Origin: the human T2T-CHM13v2.0 reference genome, Homo sapiens | NCBI RefSeq assembly: GCF_009914755.1 | Contig: NC_060941.1 | Strand: one strand, 5' to 3' | DNA: 64,000 nt | Part shown: positions 1 to 14,756 of the stretch, one piece after another | How positions within the stretch are numbered: the first letter of the stretch is position 1 | How the letters are laid out: each line of letters begins with the position of its first letter | Program-made: the position numbers and the translations under genes | Notes under the pieces: generated by a model | What the model was told of the DNA's origin: nothing | What the model saw: only the letters and a program-made list of their open reading frames with translations | The model's database searches: none

Positions 1-384
1 TCTATCCTTAAGAAATAAATAGAAGTCAGTCTTCTTATATCTGTTTAAATCCTTCTGGGAATGAAGAGCTCACTAACTCCTCAAAAAGCCCATCAATTTA
101 TGCTCAACTCTGAAAATGAAGAAGGCAACCCCAATTTCATTTTTCTAAGCTGCTTCAGTTTTGTGCCATAATCCCATGCTTTCATCTGTATGCATTTGGT
201 AACACCAGACACCACCAGATCACCCCATGTGATCGGAAAATAATCAAGGACACACCCCATTTTCTCCAAGCTCTTTGACCTTCCAAAATATCTTCACCTT
301 CTATCCTCACATGCAACCCCAACCCAGCCCATCTGCAAAGAGAATGCACAGAGTAAAACTTAAGACTAAATTAAACCCCATTAG

Positions 385-845
385 TTTTCAGAGAAATGCA
401 AATGAAAAAAAATGGTTCCACTTCCTAACCTCCGAATTTAAGAAGACTGATAACATGTAGTGCTGGCAAGGGCAGGGAGAAAGAGACACTCACAAACTCT
501 GTTGGTGGAACTGTAAATTATCCCAACCATTTTAGAGAGTAATCTAGCAAAATTTATTAAAGTTAAAGATGTTAAGTCCTTTTGACCCAGGAGCAATGCT
601 GCTTCTGGGATCCATCCAACTGAAATAAAAGTACCAGTTCAAAAGATGTATGGGCAAGGGTGTTTATTGTAGAATTGTTTATAATAAAAAAGAAAATCTT
701 ATATTCTGTGGAATACTACACAGCTATTACAAAGAATGAAGCAGATCTATATCTATTCACTTGGAAAGATATATACAAAATATTGAGTGGGGGAAACAAT
801 ACAGAGAAAAATATGTATATGTTTCTGCTTTTTTAAAAAAAATAG
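385..845 (+). mobile_element. Old L1 (L1ME-like) ORF2-end/3'UTR fragment
   Basis: Motifs gttggtggaactgtaaatt, ttttgacccaggagcaat and gtggaatactacacagctatt typical of L1M 3' region. Confidence 0.7.
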
Positions 846-2019
846 TAATAATAAATGGAGCCACATCAGTCTGGCCACATCTGGAGGAAGGAGTAAGGCA
901 GGGCTGGGGCCTCAGTGCATCAACACCACAAACGGCTTTGAGGTGCATGGATGACTACCCCCTGGCTGCTATGTGTGGGCAGGTCATCATGAGCTCAGCC
1001 CCGACCTGTTCATGGCAGCCCTCATGCCTCTCACCCTCCAGTCAGGGCAGATCCCATGAGGGATCTGGGGAAGAACTAATCCCAGCTGACCAAACTTAAG
1101 TCTCGCCGCCACACAAGAGCACCCCCAAGCAGGCACAGAAGTCTTATTGCAGGACAGGCTCTCTTCTTTTTCTCCACACTGAGGGGTCCAGCCACCATGA
1201 AGGCCATTCAGACTCCACTGAAATGGCCACTGGGCACCATCTTGAATAAAAGTCCACTGTGGCAGACAACAGCAGTCCTTTCCCACAAACCTACCTACCT
1301 CAGACAATTCCACACAAATATACACTCACATATACAGAGAGAGAGAGAGAGATCAACACCAAAAACCTGAGCAAACCAGTCATCAGCCATAAGCAGACCA
1401 AATGAGGTGAATTGACAGCATTTCTTTAGCAAACTGTGCAGAGAGCCTGAGGCCAGGGTGAAAAGTTTTGAAGCTTAAGAAATTAACAAGCAAGTGCAAT
1501 TTCCAGCCTAATGGAGTGTAAGGCACAATCAACACCTTTGTGAAAGGGAATATGGTGGGCACTTCCAGATCTTTCCACCCAGCCCAGAGCCTTTGTTACG
1601 ACTAAAGATAAAGATTTCCCGCCACTGGTGCTCCTCCTAACAATGCCACATAATCCCAGCTCTGCCTCACTGACCCACATCTGTACAGAATGGGAGAGAA
1701 GAGTTCCAGTTCGTAGCTTCTAAGTCTTTATTCAGAGTCAGTCTAGTCTCCTACTATTTAAATTTTGGAGTTCAGTGGTAAAGTTCACAATTTAAAAAAT
1801 AGAGACATCATAGTAAAAGCTGAGGAAAGAACGTCCCCAAACTATTAGCAGTTGTTGCTTTTGGGAAATAGTATGGGGAGATAAGGGATTTTGCTTTTTA
1901 TTCTGTGTCAGTTGAATATTTATAATGAGCAGATATTACTTTTGTAATTTAAAAATTTATATAACTAATGTTCCTTAGATATAATGATTTGGTTTGTTTC
2001 TGTTTGGCTATATCTTGAT

Positions 2020-2215
2020 ATCAGAAGTTTAGAGGATCACAAACTGTCAAAATAAGGAGGGAACATAAAAGCTCATTTGGAATCACCTACTCAAGTTTAA
2101 AAAGAGCTCAGAGATGGGGAAGTGGGGAGGAGTCATTTCGCCCAATTCATGGCAAGTTACTGTCAGAGCTAAGGCTAAATGCCCTGGTCTCCTGATGCCC
2201 AGGCATTGCTCTTTC
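2020..2215. mobile_element. MIR-family SINE fragment
   Basis: Degenerate MIR core gctcagagatggggaagt...gcccaattcatggcaagtta...ggtctcctgatgcccag. Confidence 0.5.
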
Positions 2216-3908
2216 CCTGCATGCTGCAGACCCCAGCTGCAGATTTGACTGACAGCCTCCTCTCTCTCCACACTCAAGGATGGACAAGTACTGGTTCCAG
2301 CATGCATCATCCCTAAAGCCAGTGATGGCTCAGAACTTGATCTGCATCTCAACCACCTGTGGCTTCTAGCTGCCGCTCAGGACTCCTGCTATTATCCAAA
2401 CACAGCCCATCTTCACTAAGACAGGGGTGATAATTACACGAGCTGGTTATTGTCACCCTCTCATCAGCTCTTCACCAAGATACAGACAAGATGTGGAATG
2501 TGAAAGGAGACACCTTGGCAACCACTGCAGCTGGGTCTGCAGATTGCCAGCCCCACTGTGACATGGCTAGTGTCTTCAGTCTCTTCTCTCATCCCTCCTT
2601 GTTTTGCATCCAACATTTCAGACATAGGGAATGACTAATAGAACAAACACTCATCCCACAGCACTATCACAGTGCTTTTCCCCTGGGATTTTAAAAAGAG
2701 TGCAAGTACCTGCATTTTTCCATCCTCCCAGGTGGTCTTGATGTGCACTTCATGGAGAGGCCCTTCTTCATTTTTATGTACTTTAGAATCCTCTATTTGC
2801 CAGAAATATCTGACCTTCATCACACTTGGTCCCAGGGCAGAGTCTTGCCTGCAATTGGCAATTGCAAATTGTTTTTCAGGTGAACGTTTGTTGGAATGAA
2901 TTGCTTCAAGGTGGCTGGCTTGAGAAGGTGTTGGGGGGCTCTCACTTCCTTTTGGCATCCTCTATAATCTTAGGTGAGAAAGACCCTGCTCTTCTATGGA
3001 TATGGAGGTGGGAGATTGGTGTTGGCAGAAGGAACAAAGCACACATTGATTCAACTAAGTCAGTCAAGCCAACAGTCAATTCCAATTGTGAGCAGCTGAC
3101 CCTACAAAAGGATGGAAGGCAAGAGGTTCAAGTCGCTTGACATTTCCCTGATAATGTCCAATTGGCCACATTCCAAAAGCCAGGCCACTCTGATCAGATG
3201 CTCCCACTTGTCTGGGCTTCCAGAATGACTCTGCCTAGTAAACCTTCAGTCAAAGTTGATAGTGAGTGGAAATCTGGCCCTCTTTGACTTTTCAGCACCC
3301 GGGACAGCACCCAGCACCTAGTCCCTGCTTGGTGCTGTTTGTTGACATATCCCAGAGATGAGGGTGGAGGGTTTAAGCATTAATACCTTTCAGCAATGGA
3401 AGAGCAACGCTTGGCTGCCCTAACTGCACCCGATGGGCCATCAAACTTGTCCAGACCCCCGAAAACCAAGGTCAGGAATTGTGGAAGGAGATTCCTTTAA
3501 AATCACAGCTGGACTCAGATACTTACATAGGCCAGGGTACTGTGTAGGTGAGGCGGTATTAATCAAAGCAGCCTCAAGGCACCACCAGTCAACTCCCTCC
3601 AGATAGGGTATATTCTCAATATAGATCAGCACAAAACAAATAGATACAGACAGACTTGTGCTATGCTGTCCCCACCGCCTCCAGTCACAGAAGAGGACAA
3701 TTTTAAATCAACAAAATGTTCACACTTATCTACTTTATTATCCTTTTAGCGACACAAATAACATATGCTAAAATCAAACAATCGAGTGTAGAAAGAAAAA
3801 GTGAATATCCTTCCCTACCCCAATAAGACCTCCACAACCACCACCATCATCCCTCAGGCATGTATCCTTTCACATATTTCTCTATGCTCACAGGGAAACA
3901 TAGAGACT

Positions 3909-3935
3909 CACACACACACACACACACACACACAC
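3909..3935. repeat. (CA)n microsatellite in an L1M-like fragment
   Basis: Direct CA run. Confidence 0.9.
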
Positions 3936-4064
3936 GTGTTCTGGTTTTCTTCTCCTCTAAAAATACATAGGCATAAGTTGTTCTTTTTAACAATTGCATA
4001 TTATACCATACAGGTAAACCATATATTATTAAAACATTCTCTTATTCATAGTTGTATTCATAGG

Positions 4065-4104
4065 TGTTTCAGTCAGGATTCTCCAGAGAAACAGAATCAA
4101 TAGA

Positions 4105-4153
<49 letters not shown>

Positions 4154-4202
4154 ATATAGAAAGAGAGAGAGACAGAGAGAGATACATACATACACATATG
4201 TA

Positions 4203-4234
<32 letters not shown>

Positions 4235-4658
4235 CATAGAGAGAGAGAGAGAGAGAAAATAATTTTGAGGAGTTGGCTCACATGATTGTAGATACTTGAT
4301 AAGCTGCAAATCTTCAGGGTACACAGAGAGCCTGGAGTTCTGGTCCAAAGGCACTACTGTGCTGGAAGAGCTGCAGTTCTGGTCCAAAGGCACTATGGTA
4401 CTATTGTGCTGGAAGAATTCACTCTTATTCCAGCATAGTGCTTTCTATTCTTAACAGAAAAAGGTCGCTCTTTTTCTATTAAGGTCTTCACCTGATTGGA
4501 TAAGGCCCACCCACATTATGGAGGGTAGTCGATCTGCTTTACTCCATGTCTACTGATTTAAGTGTTAATACCTTTTCAGGAACACATGCAATAGTATTTG
4601 ATCAAATATATGGGCACCATGTCCTAGTGAAGTTGACACATAAAATTAGCCTTCACAA
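4065..4658 (-). mobile_element. MLT2 (ERVL) solo LTR containing compound (TG)n(TA)n(GA)n microsatellite at ~4106-4256
   Basis: Termini ttctccagagaaacagaa and agttgacacataaaattagccttcaca match MLT2 ends; internal ~35-bp duplication agttctggtccaaaggcacta at 4337-4415. Confidence 0.85.
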
Positions 4659-4699
4659 TAGGCATTCAAACATTTACCAAATTGTCACTCAATGACACA

Positions 4700-5030
4700 T
4701 TCCAAGCTGGTAGATTTTTGTCCACATACTTTTCTTTCATCCCTACAGTATCCTGTGAGGTAGATAGAATTACCCTGTTTCACACATGATGAACTGAGGC
4801 TCCAAATTCAGGTTTGTCTAATTACAAGTTTGAGTTCTGACTCACTCTCCCACCAGCTCTGTGAGCTTGAGCTGTTTGCTTAACCTTTTGCTGTCAGCTT
4901 CCCACATATAAAATGAGCTTAATAACACATCTACCTCTAGGGTTGCTAGGAGGATTCGATGAGATAATGCAGGTAAAGGGGCTCACACTGCACAAAGCTT
5001 GGTAGACTATAAATGTTCCATAAAGACCAC
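4700..5030. mobile_element. Two adjacent MIR fragments in opposite orientation
   Basis: cctgtgaggtagatagaattaccctgtttcacacatgatgaactgaggctc and gtcagcttcccacatataaaatgag...ctacctctagggttgct. Confidence 0.7.
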
Positions 5031-6258
5031 ATATTATTTCTACTATTGTTCTGGCGAAGGAGGCCTGGACCCCACTTGGACAAAGCCCAGGAGCAGTCCC
5101 GCAACACGTGGATGTAACAGGTGCATAAACTATTTACAAACCACACCCGTCACCCGCGAGCTGGGGAGGCTCCTTAATTAAGAAGCAGCCCATCCTGCCA
5201 CCTGGCAGTGTGTTTCCATTTCCTGGCCTGAGCTTCAGTGTTTCCACAGTTGGCGCTTTGCAGAGGAGATCTGAGAAACATTAGCACTCTCTGAAGCCCA
5301 CGCTCCAGACCCACTGGGGAGCCCACCTCTCCATCTGTCCAATCATGCACCAAACAGCCACGAGGCAGGAGTCACTGAGAGATGTATTTAGAATGTGCTT
5401 TCGATTACTGAGGTGGAGGCCACTGAGTTCCACGCTGGGCAAGTTTCCTGGTGAACATCTCCTCTCGGCTGGGCCCCCAGGCCATTGCTGAGACACAGTT
5501 CAGAGTTTTGATGGCACTGTTCACCTGGTGGCTACTGTGAATCCCCTCTCTCTCTGTGGCTGGACTCACCCCAGGAACACAGGATGCTGAGAAGCCACTG
5601 CCATCTGTTCATACCTGCTGTTTCAAGCCACCTAGGGCTAGGGGATGATTTACATGGAGAAAAAGCCTGGGACATCAGACAGGACAGACTGCTCTGCCCC
5701 CTCACACACACACAGGCCACCCCCATTTAGACATGTGAACTGCAGTCACCATTTGCTCCAAAGTGTGAATTGCTGGGACCCAAGGCACCCATTTCTCAGC
5801 TTCTGAGCTAGAGACAAGGGATGTGAGATGTGAAAGTTGATGGGTTCAGGCGGGACTGATTAGCCCTCATGCCCACCTCTCTTGCCTTGTTCTGTGTAAA
5901 AAGGTTCCACGTTAATAGAAGGGAGAAGAGTTGGAGGGAAAGAAGTGAATCTGACACAGCATAGCTAAGTCATCTACTGCCCTGCTTACAGGACAGGAAG
6001 AGGGAGCGAAAAGAAATAGGTGAGTTCCCTCTGAAATTGAGGTGGGGAGGTGGGATTTGAAAAAATCGGAGACCTATATGCTGTTTGCTGGCTGGAGTTT
6101 TGAAGTTGGAAACCCACAGATGTTTCTTTCACACCCAGACCCTGGGAGTATGGATGGATCAGTGAGGTATATGTCTACGCCTGAGAGGGAGCCGAAGAGG
6201 AAACGGAGGATGAACCCAAACATCTCGGCATCCCCAAGTCAGGAACTCAGAGGGTAGC

Positions 6259-6813
6259 TGTGATGGTGAATGGTAGATGTCAACTTGACTGGATTGAAGG
6301 ATGCCTAGGTAGCTGGTAAAGTGTTGTTTCTGGGTGTGTCTGTGAGAGTGTTGCCAGAGGAGATGACACATGAGTCAGTGGACTGGAAGAGGAAGGCCCA
6401 CCCTCAATGTGGGTGGGCACTATGCAATCGGCGGCCAGCGTGGCTAGAACAAAGCAGGCAGAAGAAGGGGGATAAGCAGCTTGCTTGCTGAGTCTGCTTG
6501 CTCTCTGCTGTATCTCTTCCCATGCTGTGCTGGATACTTGCTTCCTCTCCTCCTGCCCCTGGACATCAGACTCCAGATCCTTTGGTCTTTAGATTCTGGA
6601 ACGTGCACCAGCAGCATCCCAGGGGTCTTGGGACTTCAGACTCAGACTGGGGGCTGCACTGTGGGCTTCTCTGGTTTTTGGACTTGGACTGAGCCTCGCT
6701 ACTGGCTTTTCTTTCCCCAGCTTGCAGACAGACTATCGTGGGACTTCGCCTTGTAATCACATGAACCAATTCTCCTACTGGTTCTGTCTCTCTGGAGAAC
6801 CCTGACCAATACA
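6259..6813 (+). mobile_element. MLT2A/B-like (ERVL) solo LTR
   Basis: TG..CA termini (tgtgatggtgaat...ctggagaaccctgaccaataca); 5-bp TSD gtagc/gtagg. Confidence 0.9.
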
Positions 6814-7532
6814 GTAGGTGACAGTGGGGGACTCATGGGGTGTAAAGATGTGACTATCAGAGAAATGCAAAGTGCCAAAGATAGCAGGCAGCCAACGGTT
6901 CAGGGTATTGCCAACACTGGGGCACTGAGAAAGAGCTCAAGACTGACCTGGGACTCACAGCTGTGGTGAGCCCCCAGAGCAGGCAGGACAAAGAACACAC
7001 AACCCCATGTTCCACCATAAAGCCAGTTGCATCAGCAGGCCTTGGTTCATTTGTCCATGGGGCTGAAGGGGAACAGAGGGCTATGACCAAGCTAACAACT
7101 CCAAATATACCTCCCCTTTCCCCAATAAATGGATAGGCTAAGAAAACTTGAACTGGAAGAAAAAAAGCCACCTGCACTTCATCAACTAGGTGCTTGGAGT
7201 GAAAAAAATAAAATCAGTTCTGGAATCCCAGAACATCTCATTTTCCCCACAACCAGCTCTACAACCATTGAAATTCTATACGCATTTCATAGACAAATGC
7301 CAATAAGCACATGACTCCTTGTGATAAGGAGATTTTTTCTTCATGTAGCATTGAGAGCAAAACTTTACATATGGCTAGGAAAGGCAGGAGCCTATTTTAG
7401 AATTCTTGAAATGAAGATGGGACTATCATGCTGAGAATTTCTGTATTGGAAGGAGGGGTGTTGCCTATAGGAAACCCCTAGCTCACATCATATCTTGTCA
7501 GGGAAGGATTTATTTCCCCTGAAAACCTTCTG

Positions 7533-8315
<783 letters not shown>

Positions 8316-8771
8316 GATGGGGCACCGCAGGACACAGCCAGAGTCTGCTGCCCTGGGCATGCCTGTGGCTTATCACATCCCATGTGGCAAGCATTGTCTA
8401 GTCTCCTGAATCATGAACCAAACAACACAAATGACACAGTCTATGTAATAAACAGTCTATGTAAAATTCATACTCTTAAAATTGGGAAGAACTATCTATG
8501 TCATTTAGTCTAACATCTCACCCAGTACAGGAAATCCTGCTGAACCATCATTCCAAGCAAAAAGTCATCCTCTACATGAATGATCCCAAGAGGGCAGGAC
8601 CACTCCCTCTTAAGCCCTCCTCTCCTGTTGTAGAAATTCCAGTCTATGAGGTAGGGTTGCCTTGTCTTAGTTCCAAACGTCTCCCTCTGTGACCTACACC
8701 TGTTAGCCTGGGTTCTGTTTCCTGGAGCAATGCAAAAGAAAAAAAAGAAAACACTTTTCCATTTATGCCAT

Positions 8772-9263
8772 TGATGATAGGCAGAATAATAACCGCCCCC
8801 CACCCCACACACACACACAGACAAAGATGTGAACATCCTAATCTCCGGAACCTGTGAATATGTTGCTTTACATGGCAAAAGAGACTTTGCAGGTGTGATT
8901 AAATTAAGGACTTTCAGATGGGAACATTAACCTGGATCTTCCAGGAGTGTCCAATGCAACCACAAGCCTCCTTATAAGGGAAAGAGGAAAGCAGGAGAAC
9001 AAGAAGGAGGAAGCAGAGCTCAGAGTGTCAAGATCACTGCTTTGCAAATGAAAGAGGGACCTGCACCAAGGAATGGCTCTGGAAGTTGGAAAAGATGAGG
9101 AACAGATTCTTTGCTAGAGTGTCCAGAAGTAACACAGCTCTGTTGACATCTTGTTGTTAGCCTAGTGAGGCTTCCAACCTCTAGAACTGTAAGATCAATT
9201 TGTGTTGTCATAAGCCACAAAGTTTGTGGTCATTTGTTGTGGCAGCAATAAGAAACTAATACA
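8772..9263 (+). mobile_element. MLT1C/D-like MaLR solo LTR
   Basis: ggcagaataat...aaagatgtgaacatcctaatctccggaacctgtgaatatgtt...gcagcaataagaaactaataca. Confidence 0.88.
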
Positions 9264-9549
9264 CCCTCACGGTAGTGCTTGATGCAGGTGAGGCCAAAAA
9301 CTATGGGCTCTCCTTTCCAAACAATGCATGATTTTCCAACCATACCTTGTAATATATGGCTTCCAGGCTCTTGCTGTCCTTGTCACCTTGCTCTGAAAAC
9401 TCTCTAGTGCCCCATGACTAATAGGCCCCTTCACATGCTGGCCCCAAGCAGTGGATATATAATTCCATGTGAAATCAACTCAAGCCCAGAAAGGACTAGG
9501 ATCCTGGCTTCCCATGATCTGGACAACGTACTCTCCATTGCAGTCAAAT

Positions 9550-10610
9550 TTTTACAACCTTGACATGCCAACAACCAAAACCTGGAGTCCTCTTCATGGA
9601 AAATTTTTCAAGCCTGTTCTCCTTCATCCTGTAAGTATGCAATTGAGTTTTACCCAACTGTGGGAGTTTATATTTATTCTGCTCATCCCTTCAACTTCTT
9701 TACTTTTCTTTCTTAATTTCAACCAGTTGTTTCAACCCATCGAAGTCATCTTGGAATCTGACTCAAACACCTAAGTATTGGCTGTTCCTCTCCTTGCATC
9801 AGACCATCTAGTGATAAGGAGGCAAAACATACTCCCCCACAGTAGCCCCAACATTCACTGTATCCCTTCAGGATCCCCCACAGCCTGTTATGGCTGGAGA
9901 TCTGGCCTCTACAGCTATTCCTTTCCTCCATACCCCCAAAGACAAGTACAGGTCCTTTGCATTTTAAGAGTTTTGCTAATGATTACTGAGAGAAATTCTA
10001 CATGGAGTAATAGCGTAATTAATATGAGGAAATCACATTAGTCTTAGAATTCTACAAAGTCCATAAAGTCTGGCCCTTTGTTCACAGTTAAAGCCCTCTC
10101 TGAGATGATCACTAGATACCCTCCATGGAACACCTCACTGGCTTTAATTCCTAAAAATGGGCTTAAGCTCTCCTCCACTTCTGATTCTCTCACACATACA
10201 TCACCTGTAATAGTGAGTACACCCCTCCCCTAAGTGAAGATGCCATCCTGCAGAACATCAGGTACCTCCCTTCCTCTGGTGGCCATTTTACATTTGAGAT
10301 CCCCAGATTGTGAGATCCTTAAGTCACTGAGGCTCTGTTCAGCAAAGAACTAATCCTCTATGAAAATTTCTTCATGGGCACTCATCAGTGTTTCCAGCTG
10401 ATAAGCAGAAACTTAACATTATCCAAATTTTAGTTGTGTCTACCTTTGAGTCATTGGTAAAAATGCTAAATAGAACAGAGCCAAGCACAGAGAGCTGGAG
10501 AACAGTTCTGCAGACATTTTTCTCACTTGCCCCCAGTTCAGTCTTAACATCCAACTCCAAATCAGCCCACATGAAGCTCATCTTTCCCATAAACAGTTAG
10601 ATGGGAACAT
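9550..10610 (-). mobile_element. L3/CR1 LINE fragments (RT region; mainly ~9550-9765 and ~10378-10520)
   Basis: Minus-strand translation LSVLGSVLFSIFTNDSKVDTTK resembles the CR1 RT motif GSVLGPVLFNIFINDL...DDTKL. Confidence 0.6.
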
Positions 10611-10635
10611 AGAGAAAGACAGAAGTCAAAACCAG

Positions 10636-12162
10636 GTCTAATATCCAGAACATATAAAGAACTCTTAAAACTCAACAACAAATGGGCAAAGGACTTGAAT
10701 AGACATTCCTCCAAAAAGATACACAAATGGCCAACAAACACCGGAAAAGATGATCAACCGCATTAATCGTTACAGAAATGCAAATCAAACCACAAGGAGA
10801 TGCCACTCCACACCCACTAGGATGGCTGTAATAATTTTTTAAAATAATAATAAGAATTGGCAAGGATGTGAAAAAATTAGATGTGAAAAAATTAGAACTC
10901 TCATACATTGCTGGTGGGAATGTAAAATGGCTCAGCCACTGCGGAAAATGGCGCAGTGGTTCCTCAAAAAGTTAATCATAAAATTACTACATGAGGCTGG
11001 GTGCAGTAGCCCATGCCTGCAATCCCAGCATGTTAGGAAGCTGAGGCAAAAGGATGGCTTGAGTTCAAGAATTTGAGGTAATCCTGAGCAACATAGGGAG
11101 ACCTCATCTCTACAAAATATAAACAGAATTAGCCGGATGTGGTGGCACATGCCTATAGTTCTACCTACTCAGGAGGCTGAGGTGGGAGGATTGTTTGAGC
11201 CTGGGAGGTCGAGGCTGCAGTGAGCCATGATCACACCGCTGCACTCCAGCCTGGATGACAGAGAAAGACCCTGTACCAAAAAAAAAAAAAACTACTGTAT
11301 GATTCAGTGATTCCTCTCATATATATACATATACCTAAAAGAACTGAAAACTGTTACTAAAACAAATGCATGTAAACACATGTTCAGAGCAACGCTATTT
11401 ACAATATTCAAAAGGTAGAAACAGCCCAAATGTCCATCAATGAACAAATGGGGAAACAAATTGTGGCATGCACATATAATGAAATATTATTAAAATATTA
11501 AAAGTAATGAAGCACTGTATTAACTCAAAAAGGAATAAAGTATTATTAAGCCATTAAAAAGGAATGAATGATAGCAAAGTGGATAAACCTGGAAAACATT
11601 ATGCTAAGCGAAAGAAGCCAGACACAAAAGGTCACACATTATACAACTCCATTTATATGAAATATTCATAATAGGTAAAGCTATTGAGACAGAACAAAGA
11701 CTAGTGATTGCCAGGAGCTGATGAGAAGGAGGATTGGAGAGCAACAGAAACTGCTTAATGGGTACAGGATTTCCTTTTGGAGTGATGAAAATATTTTGGA
11801 CCCAAATAGAGGGGATAATTGCATGATGTCCCAATCTAGTTGTTAGCGGGAAGGATGAGTTGCTCTTGGGCTGATTTGGAGTTGGATGTTAAGACTGAAA
11901 TCAGGGCAAATGAGAAAGATATTTGCAGAGCTCTCTCTCTCTCCCATGGTTCTCTCTCCTTGGTTCTATTTAACATTTTTACCAATGACTCAAAGGTGGA
12001 CACAACTGAAATTTGAATAATGTTAAATTTCTTCTTATTAGCTGGAAACACTGATGAAAGTGCTAAATGCACAACGTTGTAAATGCACAAAATGCCACTG
12101 TGTCATTCACTTTTAAATGGTTAATTTTAGGTTATGTGAGTTTTACCTCGATTTAAAAAAAT
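10636..12162 (+). mobile_element. L1MB-like 3' fragment, interrupted by an AluJ and by an inverted copy of its own 5' flank (11826-12063)
   Basis: aatgggcaaaggacttgaatagaca, aatgcaaatcaaaccacaa, ctggtgggaatgtaaaatgg; 3' end gttatgtgagttttacctcgatttaaaaaaa. Confidence 0.9.
10995..11291 (+). mobile_element. Alu (AluJ-like)
   Basis: ggattgtttgagcctgggaggtcgaggctgcag J-type right arm; poly-A. Confidence 0.95.
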
Positions 12163-12211
12163 ATCTAGTTTCCACTTTCAAGACTGTGAACTTAAAACTC
12201 AAGGATTTACC

Positions 12212-12560
12212 TGTATTAGTTCATTTTCACCCTGTTGATAAAGACATACCCAAGACTGGGCAATTTACAAAAGAAAGTGGTTTAATTGGACTTACAGTTC
12301 AATGTGGCTGGGGAAGCCTCACAATCGTGGTGGAAGGCAAGGAGAAGCAAGTCACGCCTTACATGGATGGCAGCAGGCAAAGAGAGAATGAGGAAAATCA
12401 TCAGATCTCATGAGACTTATTCACTGCCACGAGAATGGTATGGGCGAACCACCCCCTTGATTCAATTATCACCCACCAGGTCGCTTCCACAATATGTGGG
12501 AATTATGGGAGTACAATTCAAAATGAGATTTGAGTGGGGACACAGAGCCAAACCATATCA
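12212..12560 (-). mobile_element. THE1 (THE1B-like) MaLR solo LTR
   Basis: tgtattagttcattttcac...gataaagacatacccaagactgggcaattta...cacagagccaaaccatatca; perfect 5-bp TSD ttacc. Confidence 0.93.
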
Positions 12561-13566
12561 TTACCTTACTCTTCCCAAAACTGCATTGAAATGACCAAAG
12601 AAACAGAAAATTAAGATCCCTGAGACAGAGAGCAATGCCTGCAGTAGACAGAAAAATGGGAGAGTATCTGGGAGGAATGAAGCCTCCTCCCTGAATGGAA
12701 GGAGGAAAAGTGGTCAGTAAGAAAAAAAAAATGGCTCACAATTCATACAAGAAAAAGATGGTCCCATTTGAAATGTGGGCAGGAAGGTTTTCCAACAGAG
12801 CCCTGTGGAATCTCTCAACTCAAGGCAACAGGGCCCTCGAGTGAAAGGGGGTAGCACCCCAGCTGGCAAGCTGGTGTGTGTACAGGCTGCATGCAGAACA
12901 TGGTGGTGGTTGTACCAACAAGTCATTGGGAGTGGTGTGATCTGGGCAAGTAGAGACAGACTTAGTGCAACAGGCTCCTGGCATGGCCAATAAGACTAGA
13001 AAGAGGTGGGCTAACTGTAGGTCATCTCAACAGGCATGATTTAAAAAAATCAAAATCCCAAACCCACAGCCCAGTACCTGAAGGACTAATTCACTGAATT
13101 TCAGTGGCTGTTATAGAACCAGAGTAAGCATGAGGCAGCATAATCATCTATATTGTATTTTATTTTTTAAAAAACACTTACCTTTACCACCTGATGCATT
13201 CTTATATTTTCTATTCTGATTTAGTCTGTGTCAAAAAAAAAAAAAAAAGATACTGGCCATCACCCACTTACAGGGTTTAATGTAGCCTAGATCTCCATGG
13301 TAACTCCACTGCTATCTATACACAGATACCCCTAAGATCCAAGCTAAAAGAAGAGAAGGGGAGATGGAGGCAGGAAATAATCAGAAGGGGGAAGTTGCAG
13401 GTTTCAGCGATTCTTTCAGGGAACCAGGAATTCCTGGAATCCCGCAATGGAGGATTCAAGCCAAGGACGTGGGACTTTGCCACCCACCTGCTGCAGGGGA
13501 GACCGCTACTTGATCTGCTCTCAGCAGATATGTAAATAGATTTAGGCAAATCAAAAAGACAAATAT

Positions 13567-13883
<317 letters not shown>

Positions 13884-14519
13884 TCACAATAGGAAAAAAG
13901 GCCAAAGGCATGAGCTGGCAACTCATGAAAAATGTGAAACGCATGTGACAAGGACATGACTTATTAATTTATGAATAGTTCCCCCAACCCCCAGCTCTCT
14001 TGAGCCACTTCTGTCTGCAGGGGTGAGAAAACTGGGGAGGAAGGGAAATAGCTTTGGAGAAGTCATTTTTAGTTATGAATGAGAATTTATTTAATGTTCT
14101 TTGAGAGACACAAGTAAAGCCTGATTCCTTTTTAATTACTTTAGGCTACATGTCTGTGCTTCTCTGATTAAGCTACTCCATGCTGAGCCACAGGGACCTG
14201 GCTTTCACACAAGTTACACAGATGAAGAGATGCTGAACCTCCCTTGAGATCAAAGGAATGCAACATCACACAACAGTGTGAAGTCATTTGAACCTACCAG
14301 ACTGGAGAAAATAAAAACAACAGTACCAGCAGGACAGTAAATTGTACCAACTTTCCCAGATGCAACCTGTTGCTAGTAGCAAAATTTAAATGGCACATGC
14401 TCTATGACACCGCAGTTCCATGCCTACAAATTTAGTGAAGGAAATAATTGCAAAAGTACATACGTATATTTACAAGAAGGTGAACACTGAGGGTAACCTA
14501 AATATGCCTTGCTCTCACT

Positions 14520-14700
14520 TATCTGCTACTCAGGGTCCCGGACACACACACAGAGCACTTAAAGTCTTCACTTGAGTTAACCTTCATGTCAACTCCATGG
14601 GATGTATGTTATTATCTCCATTTTAGAGCTGAAGAAATTAAGACTCAGGAAGTTTAAGTGACACATCCAAAGTCACTGCAGGACTGCATGACAACAACCT
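14520..14700. mobile_element. MIR fragment
   Basis: ttattatctccattttagagctgaagaaattaagactcaggaagtttaagtgacacatccaaagtcac. Confidence 0.75.
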
Positions 14701-14756
14701 TGCTCTTTGGTTACAGAGTCTAACCATACCACGACCTATTAGAGAAATGCTTATGA

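Noticed and set aside
10388-12090. Pair of paralogous 70-84 aa ORFs on opposite strands suggesting duplicated small genes
   Set aside because: Antisense readings of a degenerate CR1 fragment and its local inverted copy; no evidence of coding. The duplication itself is reported as a finding.
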